Source of the DNA: a bacterium
GTDB taxonomy: Bacteria; Patescibacteriota; Patescibacteriia; Buchananbacterales; GWA2-38-13
Length of the DNA stretch: 64,000 nucleotides
Assembly (NCBI GenBank): GCA_030648715.1
Contig: JAUSGZ010000017.1
Location: 5,108-69,107 of the forward strand
Reading direction: 5' to 3'
The stretch's first letter is position 1. The number at the start of each line of letters is the position of its first letter. Under the pieces are notes generated by a model. It was not told the DNA's origin, made no database searches, and saw nothing but the letters and a program-made list of their open reading frames with translations. Below, one piece after another: positions 20,055 to 30,800 of the stretch. A program made the position numbers and the translations under genes.

Positions 20055-21785
20055 TTAGAGTTTGGTCACGCGGTACACCTCTTCGAGCGTGGTTTTCCCG
20101 GACAGCACCTTCAGCAAGCCGTCCAGACGCAAGGTGATGTACTTTTGCTTCGCCAGGGCGATAGTAACCTCGCGCGGATGAAACCCCGAGGTAATGAGCT
20201 CTTGGAGTTCGGGGGTGAATTCGATGGCTTCAACGACCGCCACTCGGCCTTGATACCCGGAATTCGCGCACCGCGTGCAACCCTTTCCCTTCGTGAATGA
20301 CAGCTTCTCATGCGACACTCCCTTGGGCCAGTATTCGTCGGGAATCGCCACAATTTCCGCTTTGATCGCCGCCACCGTTGCCGCGGGCACCTCAACCGGC
20401 TTGGCACAGTACCCGCAGATACGTCGCGCCAAACGCTGCGCCATTACGACGTTCACCGTCGAGGCGAGCAGGAACGGCTCAACCCCCATATCCATCAGGC
20501 GCGGAACCGCACCGACAGCGTCGTTCGTGTGCAGGGTCGAAAGCACCAGGTGGCCGGTGAGGCTGGCGTGAATCACGAGCTCGGCCGATTCCTGGTCGCG
20601 GATCTCGCCGAGCATGATGATATTCGGGTCCTGGCGCAAAATGCTGCGCAATCCCGACGCGAACGTGTAGCCCACCTCCGGATTGATCTGCGACTGGTTC
20701 ACTCCCTCCACGTAGTACTCCACGGGGTCTTCCAGGGTAATAATATTCACGCCCTCCTTATTCAGCATGGTCAGGATAGTGTAGAGCGTGGTTGTTTTCC
20801 CTGAACCGGTCGGGCCGGTCATCAGCAGCAACCCGTTGGGCTTGGCAATACCGCGGGAAATGATCGCAATATGCGGCGCGGAAAACCCCAGGTCCTCCAG
20901 CGTCGGAACCTTCAGCGAGACATCCAGCACGCGCATCACTACCTTTTCCCCCTCGAACAGCGGCAAGGTGGAGACGCGGAAGTCGATCTCGCGCCCTTCA
21001 ATGGTCAGGCGGATGCGGCCGTCCTGGGGTTTGCGGGTCTCATCGAGCTTGAGGTTCGCCAACACCTTGATGCGGGCGACGATCGCCGAATGAATGTAGC
21101 GCGGGAGCCGCAGGCTGGTGCGCAGAATGCCGTCAATGCGGTAACGGACGCGCGTTTCATGCGGCTCGGGCTCGATATGGATGTCGGAAGCGCGGCCGTC
21201 GATAGCGTGCCGGATGATGACGAGCACCATCTTGGACACCGGCGCCGATTTCACGACCTCCTGCAGATCTTTTTCCGTCACGCGCGTATCCAGCTCCGTC
21301 ACCTGTTCGTTGACGCCCGCCAGCGCCTCCTCGGCCTCCTTGCTGAGTTCGCCGTACTGCCGGGAGGTTTGACGCCAGCCCGTTCCCGAGATCATGAAGT
21401 AGCGCGCCGTAAACCCGCTCTCCTGGGCAAGGAAATCAACGGCCTCGATCGCTTTAAAATTCTGCGGATCGACCATCGCGACCTTGACTTCGTTGCCCTC
21501 GCGGTCAAAGGCGATCATCTGGTAGTTCTCGGCCGCGGACGCGGGGATCGTATTGAGCACGTTGGGGGCAATGACCTTGCCGGTCAGGTCAATATAGGGC
21601 ACACCCAGCATCGCCGCCTTCACCTGGGTCAGCGTTTCCTCATCCATCAACCCCTCCTTCACGATCTGCCGCTCAAGCGCGACGGGGTCGGCGCCGGCCT
21701 GCTGCAATAAGGCGTCCGCCTGCTGGGCGGAGATGGTATTGCGTTCCTGGAGCGCGGTGATCAGCAGTTTTACATCGATCGGCAT
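20055..21785 (-). CDS. pilB: Type IV pilus assembly ATPase PilB (GspE/PulE family)
   Basis: ASDIHIEP, RYRIDG, GPTGSGKTTT, TLEDPVEY, LRQDPNIIMLGEIRD, STLHTN, CxxC...CxxC; start MPIDVK. Confidence 0.96.
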   Translation of the reverse strand: MPIDVKLLITALQERNTISAQQADALLQQAGADPVALERQIVKEGLMDEETLTQVKAAMLGVPYIDLTGKVIAPNVLNTIPASAAENYQMIAFDREGNEVKVAMVDPQNFKAIEAVDFLAQESGFTARYFMISGTGWRQTSRQYGELSKEAEEALAGVNEQVTELDTRVTEKDLQEVVKSAPVSKMVLVIIRHAIDGRASDIHIEPEPHETRVRYRIDGILRTSLRLPRYIHSAIVARIKVLANLKLDETRKPQDGRIRLTIEGREIDFRVSTLPLFEGEKVVMRVLDVSLKVPTLEDLGFSAPHIAIISRGIAKPNGLLLMTGPTGSGKTTTLYTILTMLNKEGVNIITLEDPVEYYVEGVNQSQINPEVGYTFASGLRSILRQDPNIIMLGEIRDQESAELVIHASLTGHLVLSTLHTNDAVGAVPRLMDMGVEPFLLASTVNVVMAQRLARRICGYCAKPVEVPAATVAAIKAEIVAIPDEYWPKGVSHEKLSFTKGKGCTRCANSGYQGRVAVVEAIEFTPELQELITSGFHPREVTIALAKQKYITLRLDGLLKVLSGKTTLEEVYRVTKL

Positions 21786-21801
21786 ACGCGAGCAAAAAAC
21801 T

Positions 21802-22140
21802 TCATTGCGTCGTGGGGGTCGTGGTCCCAATGTAGGGCAGCGGTTCGAACGGATTGGTACGGCCGGTCGGCCCGGCCTCGACGGGCAACGGCACCACCTG
21901 TCGCAACTCGGTGAACTGCCGGCTGGTAAAGACCGGCGGTTCCGCATTGAATGCCGGCGGCGGCGGGTACTGCACTTGGGCGCTATCGGCAAACTCTTGC
22001 TGCCATTGGGTCGGGACCACGGCGGTATCGGTGTTCACCACGTTGGTATACAACAGCCAGCCGATCGTCACGATCGTCACTACCAGCACAAGGGTAAGGC
22101 TGATGAGTTTCCCGGGGCTTGTTCGGCGGGGGGCGAGCAT
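21802..22140 (-). CDS. Small membrane-anchored protein in the PilP position
   Basis: One N-terminal TM helix and C-terminal GRTNPFEP (PilP-like R-x-P-F motif); lies between pilO and pilB. Confidence 0.6.
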   Translation of the reverse strand: MLAPRRTSPGKLISLTLVLVVTIVTIGWLLYTNVVNTDTAVVPTQWQQEFADSAQVQYPPPPAFNAEPPVFTSRQFTELRQVVPLPVEAGPTGRTNPFEPLPYIGTTTPTTQ

Positions 22141-22148
22141 AGTTGGTG

Positions 22149-22766
22149 CTAACGCGGCCAATAGTACGCCTGCATCGAAATGGAGAATACCGTATCGTCG
22201 CTGGCGGTAAAATTGATACTGATCACGTCGATCAGCCGGAGGTTGGATTCAAGGTTCGTCAGCAGCTGCTTGATCCTGCCGTAGTTGCCGCGGGAAACGC
22301 TCAAATCGATACGTACGGACCGCAGATCGGACAATGGCCGCGCTTCCGGCGGCACAGCTGCCTCGCCCGCGCCGCCACTGCTCGCAGCGTACTCGGTGAA
22401 TTGGACGCCATTCACCAGCAACCCGCTCTGCCGCGCGATCTCGGCGACCTGCACCAGCAGTCCGGGCAGGTCCGGCTCGGCGGGCAGCAACGACTTGAAT
22501 CGCTCGATCTGCGACAAATTGAAACGGCTTTTCCGCTCCTGCAGGGTGTGCAAGGCTTTCAGATGACCGTCCAAATAATCGGCCTGCGTCCTGGTCTGGA
22601 GCAGATTATAACGACGATGCGTGCGAATTTCCTCCCACCCTCCTTTGATGAACCACAGATACCCGCACACCAAGACGATCACCACGCTCAAAATAATGAG
22701 CTCAAGGTAAAAGCGGGAAAATACCTTGAACAGCTGGACGCGGATTTTCGGCCACGAAATGCTCAT
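22149..22766 (-). CDS. pilO: Type IV pilus PilO-like protein
   Basis: TM helix, coiled coil, LLPAEPDLPGLL, GNYGRIKQLLTNLESNLRLIDV. Confidence 0.85.
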   Translation of the reverse strand: MSISWPKIRVQLFKVFSRFYLELIILSVVIVLVCGYLWFIKGGWEEIRTHRRYNLLQTRTQADYLDGHLKALHTLQERKSRFNLSQIERFKSLLPAEPDLPGLLVQVAEIARQSGLLVNGVQFTEYAASSGGAGEAAVPPEARPLSDLRSVRIDLSVSRGNYGRIKQLLTNLESNLRLIDVISINFTASDDTVFSISMQAYYWPR

Positions 22767-24556
22767 GGGGCAAACTCCAAGGGCTCAAAGAATACTTCGG
22801 GGCGAAGTATCAACCCGACGGAAAAGTCCACCTGCAGGATCTGCTTGGTCACTGCGTCGGTGATGGCCGTCGCGCTGGAAATATCCGCCCGCTGGATGAC
22901 ATCAGCGGCCTGACGGAACGCGACGATCTGCCGCGCCACGCTGCGGTAGTCGCGGCCGTGCGCCGAGAGTGCCAGCGAACCGTCCGCGCCTGAAGCGAAT
23001 GTGGTGTAGTACACTTCGTCGATGGTGGTGCGCTCCAGCGCGGCAAGCGCCTTGGTCCAGTGGCGGTGCCGCTGCAGCAGATCTTCCAGCAATTTCACAT
23101 CGCGCTGGATCGCGGAGGCTTCGTCGACGAGACCGCGGTACTGGTCGATCTGTTCCACCAGGATCTTAATGCGCTGTTCTTCCCGCTCGATCTCATTGCC
23201 GATGAGATAATCGTACCAGCTGATGAGTTGGCTCATGGTCAGGACCACGAACACGCTGACGCCGATCGCCGACAGGTAGAGCAAGAACTTCCGCGATAAG
23301 TTCAATTCGGGGTGTCGGGCGTACTCTTCCGGGATCAGGTTGATCGCCAAAGTTTTTGTCGGACGCTCCACTGTTTTGCCAGGCTTGAGGGGAAGTTTGG
23401 GTGGTACCGGTTGCGGCGTGATCTTTGGAACAGGTACCGGCTGAAGTTTGGGAGCGGCCATCGCGGTTTTTGCCGGCGCTGGCGGCGGGACAGTCGTTGG
23501 CGGCAACATCGTCAGCCGAGGCGGGACCGGGGGAGCAGCCGGCGGCATCGGCTTTGGCGGCGGGGGTGGCACGGGTTTTACGGGCGGCAACGGCGCGAGC
23601 TTGGGCAGCGGCGGCAGTGACAATTTCACCGGTTTTGGCTTGCGGCGGAACAGCGACTTCAGCCATGCCCAAAACGTTCGCCGCGGCTTTTTTTGCAACG
23701 GCTGCTTTCCCGGCACGGACAACGGCCGCGGTGAAACGATCTTGACGGCGGGGACGGTCGGCTTGGGGGGCGGAGGCGGCGGAAGGAGCGGCTTGAGCTG
23801 TGGCAGCGTCGGCTTTACCGGCTTGGGAGGACGGGCAAACAACTGGAGCAGGCGCTGCCACAACGACTTTCTCGGCGGACGCGGCATCCGCGGCAACGCG
23901 GGACGGATAACGACCGGCGGTAGCACGGGAACTTTAACCTCCACGCGCGGCAGCAAAGGCGGCGGCAACGGCTGCGGCCTGACCGGCGGTACCGCGGGTG
24001 CCACCACGGGCCGGGTTAACGGCAAGGGCGGCCGCGTGAAAAACGATCTCAACCAGCCCCAAAAACCGCGGCGCGGTTTTTTGAACACCCCCACGGCCAC
24101 CCCGCGGCTCACGGATTTGCGCTGAGCGGCTTCCACCTCGCGCCTCACCGCCTCCGCCAGTTTTGCGACCTCGCGATCGTTCAGATGGTACGCACTCGGG
24201 CGCACGGACGGCGCGGCGGGCGAAACTCGCGGTGGCGCTGCCGGCCTGGCGGGCAGCGGCGGCAAGGTGGTAATGGCGGGTTTTGCCGCACCCCCACGCG
24301 GCACCACCACACGTTCCAGTCTTGGTAACGGCGTTGCGGGTAATGGCGGCAATAGTGGCTCGTTCGGGGGCAACGGCCCGGGCCGAGGGACGACCGGCCG
24401 GCCCATGCCGGCGCCCCCGTGCTGCAGCTTTGATCCTCCTGGACGGTCGGGGTTGGTCAGACGCATCTCCACCACCTTGGGCGTTTTGCTCAAACGCTTG
24501 CGCTCGGCCTCTTCCTGGCCGCGCAGTTCGTCAGGTAATAGGTTGATCTCAACCAT
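22763..24556 (-). CDS. pilN: PilN-like protein with a ~400-aa Pro/Lys-rich N-terminal extension
   Basis: Position between pilM and pilO; INLLP/INLIP motifs, TM helix, coiled coil and C-terminal PilN-like domain. Confidence 0.75.
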   Translation of the reverse strand: MVEINLLPDELRGQEEAERKRLSKTPKVVEMRLTNPDRPGGSKLQHGGAGMGRPVVPRPGPLPPNEPLLPPLPATPLPRLERVVVPRGGAAKPAITTLPPLPARPAAPPRVSPAAPSVRPSAYHLNDREVAKLAEAVRREVEAAQRKSVSRGVAVGVFKKPRRGFWGWLRSFFTRPPLPLTRPVVAPAVPPVRPQPLPPPLLPRVEVKVPVLPPVVIRPALPRMPRPPRKSLWQRLLQLFARPPKPVKPTLPQLKPLLPPPPPPKPTVPAVKIVSPRPLSVPGKQPLQKKPRRTFWAWLKSLFRRKPKPVKLSLPPLPKLAPLPPVKPVPPPPPKPMPPAAPPVPPRLTMLPPTTVPPPAPAKTAMAAPKLQPVPVPKITPQPVPPKLPLKPGKTVERPTKTLAINLIPEEYARHPELNLSRKFLLYLSAIGVSVFVVLTMSQLISWYDYLIGNEIEREEQRIKILVEQIDQYRGLVDEASAIQRDVKLLEDLLQRHRHWTKALAALERTTIDEVYYTTFASGADGSLALSAHGRDYRSVARQIVAFRQAADVIQRADISSATAITDAVTKQILQVDFSVGLILRPEVFFEPLEFAP

Positions 24557-24561
24557 GCTGC

Positions 24562-25704
24562 TTAGGAAATCTCTTTCATTCCCAGACCGATAGCGACGGA
24601 AAACCGCGGACCGATCTCATCCAGTGCCGGCTTCAGTTCCTCGGGACAGATGACGCGCGCCCACGGATCGCCCAAAAACACGCGGAGTTGCAGCAGATTC
24701 CCCAAGTATTGCGGAAGGTTCGCGAGCAGCGACGACCCGCCGGTGAGGATCACGCGCTCGATCGGCGGCCGGCCCTGGCTGCGGTAGAGGTTCAGGCTGT
24801 AGCGGATCTCATCGACCACCGGCGCCAGCGCCTGGACGATGGTCGTGGGGATGCTGCCCGCCGCGGTCCCCTGCTGCATGCCGATGTCGTATTTGAGTTG
24901 CTCGGCGCGGTCGAGCGAGACGTTGAGCGCCGTGGCGATTCCCCGGGTGATGGTCAGCCCGCCGACGTTGATGCTGCGGTTCAAGTACGGCACCCCGTTC
25001 TGGGCGATCATGATATTGGTCACGGTGAAATCCATATCCACCAGCATGACCGTCGCCGGGTCTGAACCGATCAAGCTGCGCACCAGCGAGAATGACTCGG
25101 TATCCAGCGCCAGCAGCGTCAACCCGGCCTCGCGGAACAGCGTCAAGTAGCGCCGCACGAGCGCTTTCGGCGCGGCCGTCAGCAGCACTCGGGTATTGCC
25201 CGCCTGCTTGCGATGTACCATCTTGCCGAAGAACCGCATGCCGTTGAACGACAGCTTCTCGGGGTCATTGGGGGTGTGTCCGCTGGCCTTGCCATCCGCC
25301 ACGGCGACCGGCGCATCGGTCGGCAGAATATCCCAATGCAGGTTCATTTCATCGATCGGCAGCGGAATGACCTTCTTGGCCTCCCAGCGCACGGCCGCGG
25401 CCAGCTCCTTGGCGGACAGTTCCGGCAACGTGATGACCGAAGAGAACACCGAAAATGCCGGCAGCGCGGAGATGGCCACGCGACTTCCCACTTTAGCCTT
25501 GCGCACCGTTTCACGGATCAAGCCAGCCGTCATCCGCAGGTCCTGTTCGCTGTCGTCCTTGGATTGGTAGTCCAATGGATGGTCAAAATAGCCGTACGTC
25601 AAGAGCCGCGGCCGGCCGCGGTCATTCTTCAGCTCAACGATTTTCACGCTGTGACTGTCGACGTCCACTCCCAGATAGCTGGTAGCAGCGGAAAAAAGAG
25701 CCAT
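24562..25704 (-). CDS. pilM: Type IV pilus PilM (actin-like)
   Basis: LGVDVDSHSVKIVEL, WEAKKVIP, LVDMD, ILTGGSSLL, FSVAIGLGM. Confidence 0.95.
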   Translation of the reverse strand: MALFSAATSYLGVDVDSHSVKIVELKNDRGRPRLLTYGYFDHPLDYQSKDDSEQDLRMTAGLIRETVRKAKVGSRVAISALPAFSVFSSVITLPELSAKELAAAVRWEAKKVIPLPIDEMNLHWDILPTDAPVAVADGKASGHTPNDPEKLSFNGMRFFGKMVHRKQAGNTRVLLTAAPKALVRRYLTLFREAGLTLLALDTESFSLVRSLIGSDPATVMLVDMDFTVTNIMIAQNGVPYLNRSINVGGLTITRGIATALNVSLDRAEQLKYDIGMQQGTAAGSIPTTIVQALAPVVDEIRYSLNLYRSQGRPPIERVILTGGSSLLANLPQYLGNLLQLRVFLGDPWARVICPEELKPALDEIGPRFSVAIGLGMKEIS

Positions 25705-26002
25705 TGGGGGATGAAAAACTAAATAATTAAGCGGTAATTTCGAAGTATTTGTAACTTACAACAGGTACGATTCTGTACCCGACCGAGCGCCTGTTGATGA
25801 GCGCTGAAGTAGAAAAATTATACCACAAAATCCATGGTTCCGGATTGTGGATAGATGTCAAAAAAAATAAGCCTACGTAAGCACAAGAACCCGCCTCCAG
25901 CCCGCGAATACGGCTACTAGGGAAATCTTGAGAATTGGGCGCGAAAAACCGCCTGCGGCTGGCAAAACAATTTCCATCATCCTGCTGCCAACTTGCGGCG
26001 GG

Positions 26003-26074
26003 TTAATTTCCCGCACGCCTCGCTGCGGTCGTCCGCCCTAGGCGGACTCCCTTGCTGCGGCGGCGGGTAATTAA
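26003..26074. repeat. Intergenic hairpin containing a TCCGCC-N3-GGCGGA palindrome
   Basis: TTAATTTCCCGC (26003-26014) / GCGGGTAATTAA (26063-26074) enclosing GTCCGCCCTAGGCGGAC (26031-26047). Confidence 0.7.
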
Positions 26075-26106
26075 AAAGAGCCCGGTAACCGTGAGGTTCC
26101 CGGGCG
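26073..26106 (-). terminator. Intrinsic terminator of the dockerin-like gene
   Basis: Minus strand GCCCGGGAACC-TCAC-GGTTACCGGGC followed by TCTTTTT. Confidence 0.65.
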
Positions 26107-26135
26107 AGAGAGCGGGCTGTGCGGGGCGGAACCGC

Positions 26136-27608
26136 TCAGCGGGAAGAGGGCGGGTAGCGGGCACACCCGAGCGCATCGTCGGTCGGATCGACCCCAATGC
26201 CAGGGTATGGAAGGGGCAGCTTCAACGGACTGCCGAGGAAAAGGTGCCCCAACGTCGCGACGGCGTCGGAAATATCGACATCACTGTCGTCGTTCACGTC
26301 AGCCGCGTCCAGGCAGGACAGGTCCGGGCCGCCAAGGAAGAGGTACGTCAGGGTGTAGACGGGGTCCGAAATGTCGCGCTCGCCATCGACGTTGCTGTCG
26401 CCGCGCATGAACGTGACGAGCAGCGGCACGGTCCTGATGACCAGGATGTCGTAGTTGGGAGTCGGTGACTCCTGGACAACCCCGTACCCTGTGATGAGGT
26501 AGCTGCCATCCGGGGCAACGCCAAGGTATCTAGGCACATCGCGGCCAGCGGTGCCGTAGTGGGCCTCCCACTGGAGGTTGCCTGCGGCATCGGTCTTGAC
26601 GAGGTAAACGTCAACATTGCCGGCAGTGGTGCCGTCCGTGGTGCCGGCGAGTATGAACCCGCCGTCGCTATCCTGCGCCAAGCGCAACCCGTCTTCGTGA
26701 AACTCGGGAAGCCCGAACTGCTGGTACCATGCAAGCTCGCCGGCAACATCCACCTTCAGCAGAAAGGCGTCGAAGGGCCTGCTGATGTTGGCGTACGCGG
26801 CGCCGCAAATAACGACCCCGTCGTCCACGGCGACCATCGAACGGCCGGAAAGGTGCACGGCAGCGCCGTACGAACGCTGGCCGACGACGTTGCCGCCAGA
26901 ATCGGTAGTGATGAGGACCACCTCAACCTTGCCATCGGTACTGGCACCAGAAAGCAGGAGGTACCCTCCACCGTCCAGCTCCAAAACGGCACTGGCGCTG
27001 GTGATACTGTCATCACCGAGCAACTGCAACCACTGCTGGTTGCCTTCAGCATCCACCTTTAGTAAGAGGATACGATTGATGGCGCCGTTCTCGACCGGAA
27101 CCTGGCTAGCATCGCCGACTGCCACATAGCCGCCGTCGCTGGTGGCCCGTACATCATAGAGACCATCATAGCCATCAGTTCCGTAGGTCTGCTGCCACTG
27201 CAGCACCCCGATGTCGCTCACCTTCATCAGAACGACATCGGGAACCTCCAGCACTGGAGGGTTCTGGAACACTCCAGCCATAACGAACCCATCGCTGGTT
27301 TGGTACGCGACCTGCGGTACCTCGTACCCCTCGCTGCCGAAGGCAGCTGCGGTGTTCATCCCCCCGCCTGGGTCGAGCGACAGGAGACAACTGAGGTTAT
27401 CTCCTACGCCGTACTCACGCGACACCGCGATGACGCTCAATGAACCGCCAGTACCGGACACCGCGCCGATCCCGACGTCCATCGAGCCGCCGCCGTAGGT
27501 GCGGACCACCGCCTCCGGCGGATTGCCCGCAATTGCGGGAACAACGAACATCGCGATGCAGAGCATCACCCCCACTGCGCCCAGACCGAACTGAACCCGT
27601 GTAGCCAT
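26136..27608 (-). CDS. Secreted beta-propeller-repeat protein with a C-terminal Planctomycete-type dockerin-like (paired EF-hand) domain
   Basis: Signal peptide; repeats like LVKTDAAGNLQWEAHYG / DGGYVAVG; FMRGDSNVDGERDISD...CLDAADVNDDSDVDISD...GVDPTDDALGC; SD AAAGGAGGT. Confidence 0.8.
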   Translation of the reverse strand: MATRVQFGLGAVGVMLCIAMFVVPAIAGNPPEAVVRTYGGGSMDVGIGAVSGTGGSLSVIAVSREYGVGDNLSCLLSLDPGGGMNTAAAFGSEGYEVPQVAYQTSDGFVMAGVFQNPPVLEVPDVVLMKVSDIGVLQWQQTYGTDGYDGLYDVRATSDGGYVAVGDASQVPVENGAINRILLLKVDAEGNQQWLQLLGDDSITSASAVLELDGGGYLLLSGASTDGKVEVVLITTDSGGNVVGQRSYGAAVHLSGRSMVAVDDGVVICGAAYANISRPFDAFLLKVDVAGELAWYQQFGLPEFHEDGLRLAQDSDGGFILAGTTDGTTAGNVDVYLVKTDAAGNLQWEAHYGTAGRDVPRYLGVAPDGSYLITGYGVVQESPTPNYDILVIRTVPLLVTFMRGDSNVDGERDISDPVYTLTYLFLGGPDLSCLDAADVNDDSDVDISDAVATLGHLFLGSPLKLPLPYPGIGVDPTDDALGCARYPPSSR

Positions 27609-27789
27609 GGAAAGACCTCCTTTCGAGAGTTGTTGCCTGTTTTCCAGGCACGGGCACACCAAATTTTTTGCCGTACCACACAATGGCGCGGCCAAAGTTC
27701 ATAGCAATTGACTGATTTTCAAAGTACCGGACGTAACGTATCAACTGCCATCAATAAATATATATCATACGTCATCATCCACCAACCGA

Positions 27790-27818
27790 AGTATACTAAA
27801 ATTACAAAATTTTGTCAA
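27790..27818 (-). promoter_or_regulatory. Near-consensus sigma70 promoter upstream of the dockerin-like gene
   Basis: Minus strand TTGACA-17nt-TATACT. Confidence 0.7.
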
Positions 27819-27838
27819 GAGTAAGCCAAAATTTCCGC

Positions 27839-30800
27839 CTACTTCCAGACCGGCAGCGATTGAACGGCCTGTTCCAGCCCCAAGGGAGTATTTGCGAGGA
27901 TTCGGCCGTCGTAAATGAAGCGCTCGGCGGGATTCACCAGGTCGGGATAGACGCGTTCCAGCAGGAATTGCCGCGCCACAAATACCCCGCGCGCCGTCAA
28001 TGCCTTCGGTGACGCCGTATCGTCGCCGGTCATGATGCTGCCGCAGGTCAGAGGATCAGCGGCGGCGTTGCAGGCCGTCGCGCGGTTTGCCCAGTCGCCC
28101 AACGCAATGAGTGTGCTGTCCACCTGGGTAACGCTCGGGTCGATCTGCACGCCGCCCAAAACCAGCCACGCGGCAGACGCGATATTCTTCAGGCTGGTGG
28201 GGCCGGGCGCGTCGGTGTACTGAACGCCGTCACCAATATACAAGTTGCCGTTGATGAGGAACAGCGCCGACCCATCCTGACTGCCAAAATTATTGGCAAA
28301 TGAGAGCGCGCTCGAGGTGACGCAATCCCCGAGTGTACTGCCGTCCCAGTAGTAAATGTTGCCGCCCAGCACCGAGGGCAGCGACGACCCACTACCGTCG
28401 CAGGTATTGTACGTTGCCAGGTCGATGACGCGGGCGGCACCATAGCGGTTGCGCAACTTATCCAGCACCCCGCCAACGCTGGAAAAATTTGACCCGTTGA
28501 ACCCCTGCAAGAACCACAGGGTGCCTGCCGGCGTGCTGAAATCGTTGGTATAGCTGGGGAAAGACTTGGTCCAACCGGCATTGCTGTAGAATGGCAGTTT
28601 GCACGCTCCGCTGCCGAAATCGGCCCCGGATGCGCAGGTGGACGACCAGTTGTTGATGCTGCCGCCCGAAGTCAGGAGGAACGTGCTGTTCAGCGTCGGC
28701 GGCGGCGTCAGCGCCTCAAGGTTGTGTCCGGCAAAGACATCGCCGTACTGGGTCTGTGCCCACGGCTTGGGGTCGGAGAAAAGGCAATTGCTGACATTTC
28801 CAAAGTCATCGAGCGCGCAGATGTTGAAGTAGATCGTGCCGGTCAGCTTGGTCCACAACTGCGTCAAACAATTCGCTCCTTGATTACAGGTAATAACGCC
28901 AAGGTTGGCATCAAGTCGCGGACGCACCGTCCAGTCGCAGGCTAATGTATCCTCCTCGTGCGGCAACCCGCTCGCCGCGGCGGAGATATCCTCCCACACG
29001 AACGGGCCATCCGCGGCGTTGCCGTTGGTATCTTGACGGGCGATTATATCGGCGCTGATACTGCCAAACCAAATCTCGTAGTGCGCTTGGTTGTTCGTCC
29101 ACGACTGATACTCGCCCGAGGTCACCTCGCCGGTCGCCCACGGCCAGGTAATATCGTAGCGATTGACCGTATAGGCGCAAGGGAAATCATCCGACGTGCC
29201 CTGTGCCCCAAAGTTTGGGACCGGCAACGCCGGCAACGTCGGCCCTTGCAAGTCCAGCATCATCCGCTGGCGGCGCGTCCATTCTTTCCTGGTTTCTGCG
29301 TCGGCTTGGGTGCACGCCTGCGTGCAGGACGGCTGGCAACTGGCATCGCAGAGGGTGATGTTATTGTACAATCCTGGCCCAGAGAAACAGCCCGGGTCGG
29401 TATCCCACGGACAGCTGCTGTTGCCCTGCTCGAAATTATTCACTTCCAGCCACACTGGCAGACGCCGGTTGGCATACGTCACGCTGCCGGCCGGACAGCC
29501 TTCCCCATAGTTGAAGCAGCTGCTGGCCGCCGCCCAGTAGAACGTCACGTCGGTTAAATAGTTGAGATCAAAACCAGTGTTGGGCGCCGGCCAGGGGCGC
29601 GTTACGACGGGATCCGTCTGGCCGATGCGCGACGTCAGCGGCCAAAACTCATAGCCATTGTCCACCGAAGGATGCGGGGGGGGTGGCGGCTGCGGCAATC
29701 CCGCAGGCGGTTGCATTTTTGGCAGCGGCAGCGGCGGATCGGCTGGCGACAACGGCTGCTGGCTTGTATTGTCGCTAAAGTAGCTCTCGGAACACCAATA
29801 GCTTTCGCCGTCGCAGAACGGCCACCAGCCCGTGCCGGGCGGCGTCGTACTTATGTCTGATGGGTCTTTCCAGGTTGCCTGCTCGGTCGCAAACCACAGG
29901 CCAAGCTTCAGGTCTGACCCCTCGTAGTCGCCCATTTGGACCGTGATCTTCACGTCGCCGCGCGCCAATTCGCGCGTCGCCAGGTCGGAACTCCGCAAGG
30001 GTTTATCCTGGGTCGCGAACCGGTCGGCGTTGCCCGCCGCATCACCATGGAAACGAATGATGGGTGCAACGCACGAAGCCGCGGTATTTGGTATTCCCTC
30101 TTCATAGAAGTAGTTCAAGTCGTCCTTATACGGCGACGCATAGGATGCCGGCCACGTATTGCCGCCGAGGTAGCTGCGATTGCCGCAAAAGTTAATGTCA
30201 CTGGTACAGTCCGGGTCCATTACCGCCGGACAATCGGCGTCGCACACCCCATCATCGGCCGCCAGGCAACAATTTCCGGCCGTATTCGTGCAGCCATTGA
30301 TACAGTCGGGGTCCACTGCGAGGCCGCCGGCATCAATACTGCAATCCGGGTCGCAACGGTTGTCGGTATTGGCCTGGCAGCAACCGTCCGCCGAATTGTT
30401 ACAGAGCGTCGCGCAGTCCGGGTCCGCGGGCAGCCCGTCCGAGTAGGTAAAGCCGCAATTGTAGTCGCAGACGCCGTTCAACCGGCGGTCGCAGGCAGCG
30501 CCCGAATAGGCGATGGTCAGCGCGCCACAATCCGGGTCACGGCCGGCGGGACATCCATAGTCGCACATCCCGTCCAGCCATGGCTGGCAGCTGGCGACGG
30601 CCGGCCACTGCGCAGGAGTCGTACAGTCAGGGTCCACGCCTGCAGCGCAGTCGGTATCGCAAGCGTTATCGACGGCCGGGAAGCAGCAATCCACCGCCAC
30701 GCAATCAGGGTCCACCGGCTGGCCGCCGGTCAGCGGGCCGCAATCAATATCGCACACGCCGTTACTCCGGGCAAAGCCGGTGGCGGGATCGGTATTGCAG

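Noticed and set aside
25817-25861. TTGACA and TATAAT upstream of pilM as a -35/-10 pair
   Set aside because: Spacer is 33 nt, too long; the -10 box may work alone, and the weak hairpin in the spacer is not convincing evidence of an insertion
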